Below, one piece after another: positions 8,936 to 17,229 of a stretch of 62,994 nucleotides of DNA. Within the stretch, counting starts at the first letter, position 1. Every line of letters starts with the position of its first letter. Both the position numbers and the translations under genes were made by a program. Source of the stretch: a virus (lineage: Duplodnaviria; Caudoviricetes); the IMG/VR virus record IMGVR_UViG_3300048839_001305, positions 1 through 62,994 of that record. One strand, 5' to 3'. The notes under the pieces were generated by a model. The model was given only the letters and a program-made list of their open reading frames with translations. It was not told the DNA's origin and made no database searches.

Positions 8936-10090
8936 ATGAAACAGGTGTCCCTCTTCGACGACCAGCGCCTGACTTTGAACGGCGCGATTGAACTCAGTCT
9001 GGCGAGTCTGGAAGAGTACGGCCGCCGCTACCGGCATTGGGCCGTGGCCTACTCCGGCGGCAAAGACTCCTCAGCCACGGTTGCGTTTGTGGCCTGGGCT
9101 ATTAAGTCCGACAAGGTTGAGCGGCCGGACTCACTCACCATCCTCTACGCCGACACGCGCCAGGAGTACCCGCCGCTGCACGCCACGGCCGTGCAGGTGT
9201 TGGCCGCCCTGCGGCGCGACGGATTCGACAGCCGCGTCGTGCAGCCGGCGCTGGACGACCGCTTCTACGTCTACATGCTTGGCTACGGCGTGCCGCCGCC
9301 GTCGAACCGCTTCCGCTGGTGTACACCAAAGCTGAAGATCGAGCCGATGGAGCAGGCGTTGGAAGCGCGTCGCGCCGAGACGGGCGAGAAGTTCCTGATG
9401 ATCAACGGCGTGCGGCTGGGCGAGAGCGCGGCCCGCGACCAGCGCATCGCCCTCTCCTGTTCCAAGGACTCAGGCGAGTGCGGCCAGGGCTGGTTTCAGG
9501 TTCGGCCGCCGGACGCGGCCGGGGACACGCTCGCGCCGCTCCTCCACTGGCGTCTGTGCCACGTCTACGACTGGCTCTACTTCGAGAACGGCCGTCACGG
9601 CTACCCGGAAGTGGCCGGGATTGCCGACGTGTACGGCGACGACGAGGTGCGCACCGGCTGCATCGGTTGCCCGCTGGCCAGCCGTGACACCGCGCTGGAG
9701 AACCTCGTCCGCCGGCCGGAGTGGGCGCACCTGCGCCCGCTCCTAGAACTCAAGGGCATGTTCCGCGAGATGAAGCGGGCCGAGTGGCGCAAGCGCAAGG
9801 CCGAGCCGGAGCGCCGCCAGGATGGGGGATGGTCCAAGAACGGCCAGCGCAAGGGGCCGCTGACGATGGCCGCCCGCGCCCACTGGCTGGACAAGGTGCT
9901 CGACGTGCAGCGCCGCTCCGGCGTCGATCTTATCAACGCTGAGGAGGAGGCGCGCATCCGCGAGATGTGGGCACTGGACATGTGGCCGCGCAAGTGGTCG
10001 GCGGCCGACATCGACGCCGACGAGCTGATCGACCGCATCTCGTCCGTCGGCGGCGACCTGGTGGTGCAGCCGGTGATGGTGAAGCCGTGA
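8936..10090 (+). CDS. PAPS reductase family protein, DndC-like
   Basis: PP-loop SGGKDS, FRWCTPKLKIEP, GVRLGES, RTGCIGC, C-terminal GPLTMAAR...LINAEEEARIREMW. Confidence 0.88.
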   Translation: MKQVSLFDDQRLTLNGAIELSLASLEEYGRRYRHWAVAYSGGKDSSATVAFVAWAIKSDKVERPDSLTILYADTRQEYPPLHATAVQVLAALRRDGFDSRVVQPALDDRFYVYMLGYGVPPPSNRFRWCTPKLKIEPMEQALEARRAETGEKFLMINGVRLGESAARDQRIALSCSKDSGECGQGWFQVRPPDAAGDTLAPLLHWRLCHVYDWLYFENGRHGYPEVAGIADVYGDDEVRTGCIGCPLASRDTALENLVRRPEWAHLRPLLELKGMFREMKRAEWRKRKAEPERRQDGGWSKNGQRKGPLTMAARAHWLDKVLDVQRRSGVDLINAEEEARIREMWALDMWPRKWSAADIDADELIDRISSVGGDLVVQPVMVKP

Positions 10091-10114
10091 GTGACTTCGA
10101 CTGGGAGGCCACCG

Positions 10115-10396
10115 ATGACCGAGAGTGAGATGGCGGCCGTCATCGACCGGGCCGTGCGCTACGCCGTGCGCGGCGAGGCCAACCGGCGGCCGTATCTTTT
10201 GGACGACGAGACGGTCGCCCGCGCCCACGCGAGCCACATGGCCGGGCTGAACCTGCAATGCCTGGGGCGGCACTACGGCGTGCGGGCGGGCTACCTGGGA
10301 AGACGGTTCCGCGAGCTGGGCCTGCCGGTGCGCAACTATACGAGCAAGCGGGCGCGGGCCGCGGCGCTGGCGGCCGAGGAGGAAGGTGAGAGATGA
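10115..10396 (+). CDS. Small HTH-like protein
   Basis: GGAGG SD; GLNLQCLGRHYGVRAGYLGRRF. Confidence 0.6.
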   Translation: MTESEMAAVIDRAVRYAVRGEANRRPYLLDDETVARAHASHMAGLNLQCLGRHYGVRAGYLGRRFRELGLPVRNYTSKRARAAALAAEEEGER

Positions 10397-10818
10397 CCGA
10401 CATTATCAGCCGCGCGGTTGGCCGGCTGCGGCCGGCGCGCATCATTCGGGCCGAGAGGATGCTCGACCTGCGGTTCTTCGTGGGGCTGGCGCTGCTGCTG
10501 GCGGCCAAGGGGCTGGCCACGCTGGTGGGCACGCTCGGCCCGGTCGCGCTGGTGGCGTGCGGCGTACTGGCGCTGGCGGCCGTCCTGCTCTGGTTCTACC
10601 GGCCGGCGGTTATCACCGCCTACATCCCCTTCGAGCACTACCCGTGGGATGAGGAGATCGTCATGGCGCGAGTGGCCGAGACGTTGACCTGCCTGTGCTG
10701 CCTGCGCCGGCTCGACCGCCCCGGCCATCTGGAGGTGACGCGCTGCCGCTGCGGCACGGTCTACGGCACGGCCGGCGCGGCGCTGTACGTGAAGTGGGCC
10801 GGCGGCCGGGAGGGTTAG
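10393..10818 (+). CDS. Membrane protein with C-terminal Zn ribbon
   Basis: Two TM segments; CLCC and CRCG. Confidence 0.65.
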   Translation: MTDIISRAVGRLRPARIIRAERMLDLRFFVGLALLLAAKGLATLVGTLGPVALVACGVLALAAVLLWFYRPAVITAYIPFEHYPWDEEIVMARVAETLTCLCCLRRLDRPGHLEVTRCRCGTVYGTAGAALYVKWAGGREG

Positions 10819-10858
10819 ACCATGTGCAAAGTGGCGCATCTGCGCCAGGAGGACAGGC

Positions 10859-11431
10859 GTGAGTAGTGTATATGCTATCTGGAACTATCAGACGAAAGAG
10901 GTCGATTTCCTGCATGAGTTGCCATCGGACTATGTGGATTACATTTCGCCCGACTCTGTGATCCGCCACGAAAAATACGTCGCCCAGGGCGACTCGCCTA
11001 TCGAGGCAGCGGCGAAGGTGTGGAGCGCGGGCAACGCGGCCCACGAGCAAGACCAGGCGATACTCGCTCAGATCGAAGCCGGCCGGAGGATGGGCGAAGC
11101 GCTGGGGGTGCTCAAGCCAGACGTGCCGCCGCAACCGCGGCCGAACGTCACGAACGACGCAGCGATGAACGACACCGGTTGCCTGTGGGTGGCGCTGATG
11201 ATTATCGGGTTGAGCGCCCTCTTCCTCGCCGCAATACTGTCCCTGAACGCCGCCTGGCCGTGGCTGGAGCGCGTGGGGTCGCTGGTCTACGGCTGGGTAG
11301 TGGGCCACGCCGCGGCCGGCGCCGTCGCCGCGGCCGGCGCCGTCGCCGCGGCCGGCGCCGTCGCCGCGACCACGACGGCGACGGCCGCCTTTGGGCTGGC
11401 GTGGTGGTTGGACGAACGGGACCGGCGATGA
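10859..11431 (+). CDS. Membrane protein
   Basis: AGGAGG SD; hydrophobic C-terminal half. Confidence 0.7.
   Translation: MSSVYAIWNYQTKEVDFLHELPSDYVDYISPDSVIRHEKYVAQGDSPIEAAAKVWSAGNAAHEQDQAILAQIEAGRRMGEALGVLKPDVPPQPRPNVTNDAAMNDTGCLWVALMIIGLSALFLAAILSLNAAWPWLERVGSLVYGWVVGHAAAGAVAAAGAVAAAGAVAATTTATAAFGLAWWLDERDRR
11309..11368 (+). repeat. 18-bp tandem repeat x3 (AAAGAV)
   Basis: GCCGCGGCCGGCGCCGTC three times plus a partial copy. Confidence 0.9.
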
Positions 11432-11604
11432 GCGCCACCGGCTACCCCTATGTCTACGTCTGGGGCAATAACGAGAAGCGCGTCACGCTGCGCGGCCGTC
11501 GTTGCCGGGTGGTGACCCGTGGGACGCTCAACAGCGCCCTAGTGGAGTTTGAGGGCGGGCAGCGGGAGATCATCTCGCGCAATGCCCTGCGGAGGGTTAG
11601 ATGA
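11428..11604 (+). CDS. Small hypothetical phage protein
   Basis: ATGA coupling; WGNNEKR..GRRCRV..NSALVEFE..SRNALR. Confidence 0.7.
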   Translation: MSATGYPYVYVWGNNEKRVTLRGRRCRVVTRGTLNSALVEFEGGQREIISRNALRRVR

Positions 11605-11885
11605 ACATCATTCAGATCATCCGACAGCGCATCGAGCGTCGTCGTCGTCGTCTGGCGGCGCTGGACATGCTCATGCGTGTGATCGAACGAGAGGCGCTCA
11701 ACGCGCTGCGGGAGGACAATCCGTCCCTAGCCCGGCTCATCGAGCAGGCATCCGGCAGCGGCGCGAGTTATCGAGAGATCATCGGCATGGTGGGGGCCAC
11801 GCGGCACGCATCCACTATGAGCGTCGAGACGCGCGCCGCCATCCGCGCCGCCATGCGGCAGACGAGGGAGGCGGCCGGTGAGTGA
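11601..11885 (+). CDS. Hypothetical protein
   Basis: GGAGG SD; ATGA coupling. Confidence 0.65.
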   Translation: MNIIQIIRQRIERRRRRLAALDMLMRVIEREALNALREDNPSLARLIEQASGSGASYREIIGMVGATRHASTMSVETRAAIRAAMRQTREAAGE

Positions 11886-13125
11886 CACGACGTTCGACCT
11901 GGACGCGCTGCTGGATGAGGTCGTGCTGCACGCGGCCGTCGCCGGTGGGCGCGATCCGGCGCTGGTGGCTGCCGGGTTCGGCGCGTCGCGGACGGTGGCC
12001 GCCGCGGCCGTCGCCGGTGGCCCTCCTGCGCGGCGCGGGCCGTCCAGCGCCAACCGCTGGACGGCCGCGGAGCGGGCGTTCCTGGAGGCGTGGGCCGGGG
12101 AGCTGGGCGACAGGGAGATCGCCCGGCGGCTGGGGCGGTCGGAGGCGGCCGTGCGCGTCCGACGCGTCCGCCGGGGCCTGCGCGGGCCGATGGTCTACGC
12201 CGACTACCTGACGGCCCAGGACATGGCCCGCGCCCTGGGGGTGGACGTGAAGTCGATCTGCACCCTCATCGAGCGGGGGCTTCTGCCGGCCGAGATCGCT
12301 CCGCTGCCGCAGCGCAAGGTGTGGCGCATGAGGCGGTCGGCGTTCGTGGCCTGGGCGGTGAACCCGCTGCACTGGCCCTACTTCTACCGCGTGGTGCGCG
12401 CCCCGGAGCGCATCCGCGACGAAGCCCTGCGACGGCTCATCGTGCGCCGCGCGGCGGCGTGGGGCGACGCGTGGTGGACGACGGGCGAGGTCGCCGCCTA
12501 CCACGGCGTGAGCGACCGCGTGGTCAACCGCCGCATCCTCGCCGGGCGGCTGGCGGCCGTGCGCTGGAGCAACTGGATGGTGCGCCGCTCGGACGCCACG
12601 TCGCCGGCGACGCGCTTTTTCGGCGGCAAGGGCGGCGCGATGCTGGACCTGTACGGCACGCCGCGCGGCGATGCCTTCCTGGTGCTGGCCGCGGCGGTGG
12701 GGATACCCGACGCCCAGATCGGCCGCATGGCCGGGCGCGAGGGCAACAGCGCGATGCGTATCCGGCTCGACGCCCTCCACCGCGCCGGGTACATCCCCTG
12801 GCTCATCCACGCCTACGAACTGCCGGTGGCGTACCGGCCGACCGACGGCGCGCTGTGGGCTGACTGGCGGCCGCTGGCCCACCGCTTCCCGCGGCTGGCG
12901 CGGGCGTGGGCGCGGTGGGAGGCGGGTGAGCTGCGGCGGCGCGACGAGCGGAGCGAGCGCAACCTGGTCAACGGCGTGCTGCGGGCGGCCGTGGCCTGGC
13001 ACATGGGCGAGGCGGGCGCGGCGCTGGTCGGCCGGCTGGTGCGTTGCGATAGGGCGGCCGAGGCCGAGGCGTGGGGGTTGTGGGAAGGGTGGGCGGCGGC
13101 CGAGTTACCGCCGCCGGGAGGGTGA
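11878..13125 (+). CDS. Multi-HTH DNA-binding protein
   Basis: RWTAAERAFL..EIARRLGRS; LTAQDMARALGV; WTTGEVAAYHGV; DAQIGRMAG. Confidence 0.75.
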   Translation: MSDTTFDLDALLDEVVLHAAVAGGRDPALVAAGFGASRTVAAAAVAGGPPARRGPSSANRWTAAERAFLEAWAGELGDREIARRLGRSEAAVRVRRVRRGLRGPMVYADYLTAQDMARALGVDVKSICTLIERGLLPAEIAPLPQRKVWRMRRSAFVAWAVNPLHWPYFYRVVRAPERIRDEALRRLIVRRAAAWGDAWWTTGEVAAYHGVSDRVVNRRILAGRLAAVRWSNWMVRRSDATSPATRFFGGKGGAMLDLYGTPRGDAFLVLAAAVGIPDAQIGRMAGREGNSAMRIRLDALHRAGYIPWLIHAYELPVAYRPTDGALWADWRPLAHRFPRLARAWARWEAGELRRRDERSERNLVNGVLRAAVAWHMGEAGAALVGRLVRCDRAAEAEAWGLWEGWAAAELPPPGG

Positions 13126-13126
13126 C

Positions 13127-13234
13127 ATGATTGAAAGCGAGTTTGTGCTTCTCTTGGGCGGGTTAGTGGTTATCCTATTTCTGGCCGTCGTCGTGCTGGA
13201 AAGCATCGCCGAGCGGCCGCCGGGCAAGAGGTGA
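13127..13234 (+). CDS. Small single-TM peptide
   Basis: GGAGGG SD; one hydrophobic segment. Confidence 0.55.
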   Translation: MIESEFVLLLGGLVVILFLAVVVLESIAERPPGKR

Positions 13235-13316
13235 GGGCAGAAGTGGCCGTCGCCCTACTAGACCCGCCGGTTCCCCCTTCGTCTTTCCCCGGTCAAAATC
13301 CCGACAAAATCCATAA

Positions 13317-13372
13317 GACATAAACCGGCGGCCGTCTACCGGCCGCCGGTCGCCTGTGGTAAAATTTATGTC
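13317..13372 (+). promoter_or_regulatory. Extended -10 promoter with hairpin and flanking inverted repeat
   Basis: TGTGGTAAAAT at 13355-13365; hairpin ACCGGCGGCCG-N5-CGGCCGCCGGT; GACATAAA...TTTATGTC. Confidence 0.5.
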
Positions 13373-13472
13373 AATCGGCGGCCCTGGCGGCGGCCGATGG
13401 CGGCGGGGTGTCCGTCGCCGAAGCAGTCGCGGGAGTGGTTCCCCGCGACGGTAGACAGACGGAGTGTATGCC

Positions 13473-14093
13473 ATGTCAGCAACGCGAATTGGTTCTATCC
13501 GCGTCCCCATTGCGGTCAGCGTCGGCCTGCGCGACGGCGAGTACCGCTGGTGGGCGGTCATGCCCCGGTGGGGCGCGCCCCCGGATACCCCCTGGGCCAC
13601 GGCCGCGCCGGCCCTGCCGCCGGGCGGCCGCATCTACCGCGAGGCGTCGGGGTATCTGGCAGATTCACCCTGCTTTCTGGTGGGCGACCGCTCGCGTGGC
13701 CGGGAGACGCCGGAGGCGGCGGCGGCCGAGGCGCTGCGGCGCGAGCTGGTCATCGGCCCCATCGCCGACGGCATCGCCCGCGCCCACCCCGGCCGGGCGG
13801 CGGTGTTCTTTATGGACGGCAACCGCCCGGAACTCCACTGGGTGTGGCGGCCCGACCCGACGACCCGCCCGGAGAACCTGAACCCGTGGGAGCGGCAGGC
13901 CGTCGCCGCGACGGCCGTCTACCGGCGCTTCTCGGTCATCCTGAAGGATTTGGACGACTGCCGCACCTGGATTGTCGAGGCCGTGACCGGTGGGGTGGGG
14001 ATCGTGCGGCTGGCCCGCGAGCCGGAGGGGGCGTCCACCCGCTGGCTGGCCCGCGCCGGCGGCAAGCAACTCCTGATGGGGAGGGTTCTGTGA
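13473..14093 (+). CDS. Hypothetical protein
   Basis: GGAG SD before ATG 13473. Confidence 0.6.
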   Translation: MSATRIGSIRVPIAVSVGLRDGEYRWWAVMPRWGAPPDTPWATAAPALPPGGRIYREASGYLADSPCFLVGDRSRGRETPEAAAAEALRRELVIGPIADGIARAHPGRAAVFFMDGNRPELHWVWRPDPTTRPENLNPWERQAVAATAVYRRFSVILKDLDDCRTWIVEAVTGGVGIVRLAREPEGASTRWLARAGGKQLLMGRVL

Positions 14094-14704
14094 GCGCCGT
14101 TGACCTCATCCCCCAGCCGAGCGGCCCCGGTTACTGGTGGGTCGCCGCCGACCGCGATCCCGGCCTGGGACAGCGCCTGAGCGGTCACGTCTTCGCCGCC
14201 GGTTCCCTGTGGGTCGCTTCCGGGCCGCAGGTGCGCCTGGTGGAAGCGGCGCTGGCCACGCCCTACGCCACACCGCGCGAGGCGGCCGAGGCGGCGTGGC
14301 TGCGCGAGGGACTGGTGCGCCCGGCGCTGGCTCCCCTCGTCTACGGTCTGCCCGGCCGGTCGCTGCGCGTCATCGACGGCAACGCCTACACCGCCGCGCC
14401 GGAGCGCTGGAACGGCGAGTGGGCCGACGCCCTCGACCGCGGCCGGCGCGTCATGCTGGGCGCGGAGGCGACGGAGGCGGCGTACCTGGCCCGCTACGAG
14501 ACCGGGGCCGCGCCGTGGCAGTCGGCGGCCGTGGCCTTCTGCCGCGCCTTCCCGCGCCTGTGGCTGGTGGTGGGCGAAGGGCCGGAGGGCTGCCACGTCC
14601 GCCTGCGCGGGGAGTACGTCGAGTACCTGCACCACGTCGGGGTGCGCGAGTATACCTACCTGTCGCGCGACGGCGCGACGGTCGTGCTGGTCGAGATTGA
14701 CTGA
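14090..14704 (+). CDS. Hypothetical protein
   Basis: GTGA overlap and GGAGGG SD. Confidence 0.6.
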   Translation: MSAVDLIPQPSGPGYWWVAADRDPGLGQRLSGHVFAAGSLWVASGPQVRLVEAALATPYATPREAAEAAWLREGLVRPALAPLVYGLPGRSLRVIDGNAYTAAPERWNGEWADALDRGRRVMLGAEATEAAYLARYETGAAPWQSAAVAFCRAFPRLWLVVGEGPEGCHVRLRGEYVEYLHHVGVREYTYLSRDGATVVLVEID

Positions 14705-14720
14705 GCCTTTGCCCGTTGTC

Positions 14721-14748
14721 GTTGAGATTCGTCCCAAGATGGTACAAT
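14721..14748 (+). promoter_or_regulatory. Promoter containing the TCTCAAC box (reverse orientation)
   Basis: GTTGAGATTCGT...TGGTACAAT, then GGAGG SD. Confidence 0.65.
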
Positions 14749-14761
14749 ACGGAGGTATCCC

Positions 14762-15208
14762 ATGTCACAACCACACCTGACAACGCTGACCCTTTCCCAG
14801 ACGGTGGCCCGGCTGGATGAATGCCACGCCCGGCTGTCGGCCGCCCGCGCGGCGCTGCTGACGGCCGAGACGGCTGCACTCGCGGCGCGGTTCAACGTCG
14901 AGACGGCCGAGGGCCGGTTGGCCGCGGCCCTGCTTCTGGCCCAGGCCGACGCGCCGGGCACAAACGAGACGCAGCGCAAGGCCGCCGCCCACGCCGCCAC
15001 GGCCGCCCAGCGCGAGACGGTGGCCGAGCAGCGAACGGCGCTGCTGGCGGCCGAGGTCGAACTGGCGCGGGCCAAGACCAGCCTGCGGCTGGCCGACGAC
15101 GAGCGCCGGGGGGTCGAGACCATCCTCGCCCTGTGGCGGGATGGCCTGCTACCGGCCGGCGGCCCGGAGCGCGTGGCGCTGACGACCGACGAGGACATCC
15201 CCTTCTAG
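14762..15208 (+). CDS. Coiled-coil protein with SSB-like acidic tail
   Basis: Ala-rich helical body; ends DEDIPF. Confidence 0.75.
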   Translation: MSQPHLTTLTLSQTVARLDECHARLSAARAALLTAETAALAARFNVETAEGRLAAALLLAQADAPGTNETQRKAAAHAATAAQRETVAEQRTALLAAEVELARAKTSLRLADDERRGVETILALWRDGLLPAGGPERVALTTDEDIPF

Positions 15209-15267
15209 GGCGTGTATCGGCGGGGTGGGGCGGACGGCCGCCCCCTCCGCCGCAGAGGAGTATCACC

Positions 15268-15591
15268 ATGCCCCGCGAGATAGTCCCCATCCCCCTGGCC
15301 GAGGGCCAGACCGACGAGCGTCCCGGACACTACTACGTCAGCGCCATTGACGGCCGCCGCTGGGCGCTCTTGTACGGCCCCCTCGAGCGCCACGCCGACG
15401 CGGTGGCGGCCGTGGAGACGGCGCGGCGGGTGGCCGTGGACGCCGACGCCCGCGCCTGGTTCTATGCCTTCGGGACGGCCCGCGTCGCGCCCGAAGACCC
15501 AGCGCCCACCGGCGTGCTCAACCACCTGCTGCCGCCCATCGGGGCGGAACCGCCGGACGCGGAGGAAACAACCTATGTCCCTCTTGACTGA
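15268..15591 (+). CDS. Hypothetical protein
   Basis: GAGGAG SD before ATG 15268. Confidence 0.7.
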   Translation: MPREIVPIPLAEGQTDERPGHYYVSAIDGRRWALLYGPLERHADAVAAVETARRVAVDADARAWFYAFGTARVAPEDPAPTGVLNHLLPPIGAEPPDAEETTYVPLD

Positions 15592-15880
15592 CGAAGACCG
15601 GGCGGCGCTGCCCGCCTTCTACGCCACCGAGAACGACGGCGACGCGGTCGTGGTGCGCGCCCGTCTGTGGTTGCCGGGCACGTACTGGGAGTGGTTCATC
15701 ATCGAGTACGACGGCGCGGACGTGGCGTTCGGCCTGGTTAGCGGCCACGACATCGAAATGGGCTACATCTGGCTGCCGGAGTTGGAGGAGCTGGGCCGGG
15801 TTGTGCGCGATCCGGGCTGGCGGCCGACGCCCCTGGGCGTCGTGCGGGCCAGCGTGGAAGCCCGGCGCAACCCCGACTAG
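15575..15880 (+). CDS. DUF2958-family protein
   Basis: LPAFYATE..WEWFIIEYD..FGLVSG..EMGYIWLPEL..RD..WRP. Confidence 0.8.
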   Translation: MSLLTDEDRAALPAFYATENDGDAVVVRARLWLPGTYWEWFIIEYDGADVAFGLVSGHDIEMGYIWLPELEELGRVVRDPGWRPTPLGVVRASVEARRNPD

Positions 15881-15927
15881 CCCCGCCCTTCTTCACCACC
15901 AGTTCACGCGAGTTTCGGCCGCCCCCC

Positions 15928-15982
15928 TAGACAACGGGGGGCGGTCTGTGTTACAATGCAGGAAATCGGGACGAGTCTCAAC
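15928..15982 (+). promoter_or_regulatory. Sigma70-type promoter followed by TCTCAAC box
   Basis: TAGACA-18-TACAAT with TG extension; ACGAGTCTCAAC at 15971-15982. Confidence 0.6.
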
Positions 15983-16127
15983 CATTGACCGGCAAAAGCC
16001 ACTAAAGTGGCCATCCGGCGGCAGACCGTCGCAACGAGTATCAACAGGAAACGTACTGGTAGGGGCCACGGCCCCGCGAGAAGGCGGCCGGACTGGTTAT
16101 CCGGCTGGGCGTCAGGAGTGTATTTCA

Positions 16128-16370
16128 GTGTCATTCTCTCTCTTTGCCGTCGAATCCACAGCGTGTGGCGCGGACGCCGTTTTCACCGACGGCCGTCGCG
16201 TGGCCCTGTCATGGCAGGAGGCGGCGCGGATTTTAGTGGCGGCCATGCGCTGCTCGGCGCGGGTACTGCCCGCGGCGCGGCCGGCGTGGTACTTCCTGGA
16301 GCCGAACGACTACGGGCGGCTGCTGGAGGTGGGCGCGGACACCGGCGAGTTCTTAAGAGGAGGCGCGTGA
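16128..16370 (+). CDS. Hypothetical protein
   Basis: AGGAG SD before GTG. Confidence 0.55.
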   Translation: MSFSLFAVESTACGADAVFTDGRRVALSWQEAARILVAAMRCSARVLPAARPAWYFLEPNDYGRLLEVGADTGEFLRGGA

Positions 16371-16597
16371 TGCAAGGCGTTCTGTGGCAGGTAGACAAGT
16401 CCGACGCGGCGCTGCCGGCGGCCGAGCAGGTGCGCCGGGCCATCGCCGCCGTCGCCGCGCGGCACGGCCGGCGGCCGTCGTTCGTGCAGGTGCGTCCCGG
16501 CGCGTGGCCGGAGGAGATCGACGGCGCGCGCGTCATCCCCACGCCGCGCATGAGTTACCCCGGCCTGATGCTGGTGGGGTGGGGAGAGGCGTCGTGA
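16370..16597 (+). CDS. Small hypothetical protein
   Basis: GGAGG SD; GVLW..RRAIAA...HGRRP..V.V.P resembles a family recalled from Anaerolineae. Confidence 0.6.
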   Translation: MQGVLWQVDKSDAALPAAEQVRRAIAAVAARHGRRPSFVQVRPGAWPEEIDGARVIPTPRMSYPGLMLVGWGEAS

Positions 16598-16737
16598 GCG
16601 ATTACGAGTACGACTATCCCCCGCCGCCGCGTGGTTCGCGCGGGGCATTGACGGCGGCCGTGGCCCTGGGCGCGGCCTTACTGGTGGCCGGGCTGGGCTG
16701 CGCCGTGGCGCGGCTCATCGCCCTGGCGGTGTGGTGA
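16594..16737 (+). CDS. Small membrane peptide
   Basis: GTGA coupling; one TM segment. Confidence 0.5.
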   Translation: MSDYEYDYPPPPRGSRGALTAAVALGAALLVAGLGCAVARLIALAVW

Positions 16738-16742
16738 AACCC

Positions 16743-17228
16743 ATGAGACAGGTACTTGCGGACGTAACGCCGCGCACCATTATTCTCTTGCCCGACGGCC
16801 GCGTCGGCTTCTACGCCTATCGCTACGTGGCCGACGACGGCCGGGCGCTCGGTCACGTGCTGGTGCAGACGACGCCCGGCGCGATCGAGGAAGTAGACGT
16901 GGACGCACTGGCGACGGTGGATGTCGTCTGGTGCGACCGCCAGGCCCAGGAGGCCCTATGGCAGCGGCTCGTGGCCGAGGGGTGCGAGACGCTGACCCGG
17001 CTGGGCGGCCGTTACCAGATCGCCCCGGATACGTGCGTGTGGCTGGACGCGGGGCCGCTGGCGCTGCGTATCGAGCGTCACGCGGTGGGCGTGGACGTAG
17101 CCGCCTTTGGCGGCAACGTGAGCGTAGCCGCTTTCAGCGACAGCGTGGACGTAGCCGTCTTCAACCGCGACGAGACGGCCGCCGGGCAACCCCTGCGGGC
17201 GCTGCACGTCTTGTACGAGGAGGTGTAG
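16743..17228 (+). CDS. Hypothetical protein with 9-aa internal repeats
   Basis: VDVAAFGGN/VSVAAFSDS/VDVAVFN. Confidence 0.65.
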   Translation: MRQVLADVTPRTIILLPDGRVGFYAYRYVADDGRALGHVLVQTTPGAIEEVDVDALATVDVVWCDRQAQEALWQRLVAEGCETLTRLGGRYQIAPDTCVWLDAGPLALRIERHAVGVDVAAFGGNVSVAAFSDSVDVAVFNRDETAAGQPLRALHVLYEEV

Positions 17229-17229
17229 G

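Noticed and set aside
8936-10090. Complete dnd phosphorothioation operon, or cysH metabolic gene
   Set aside because: No DndD ATPase, DndE or cysteine desulfurase seen; C-terminus lacks the CysH ECGLH motif
11309-11368. Functional significance of the 18-bp tandem repeat (also the 27-bp repeat near 17090-17165)
   Set aside because: In-frame slippage expansions with no sign of phase variation
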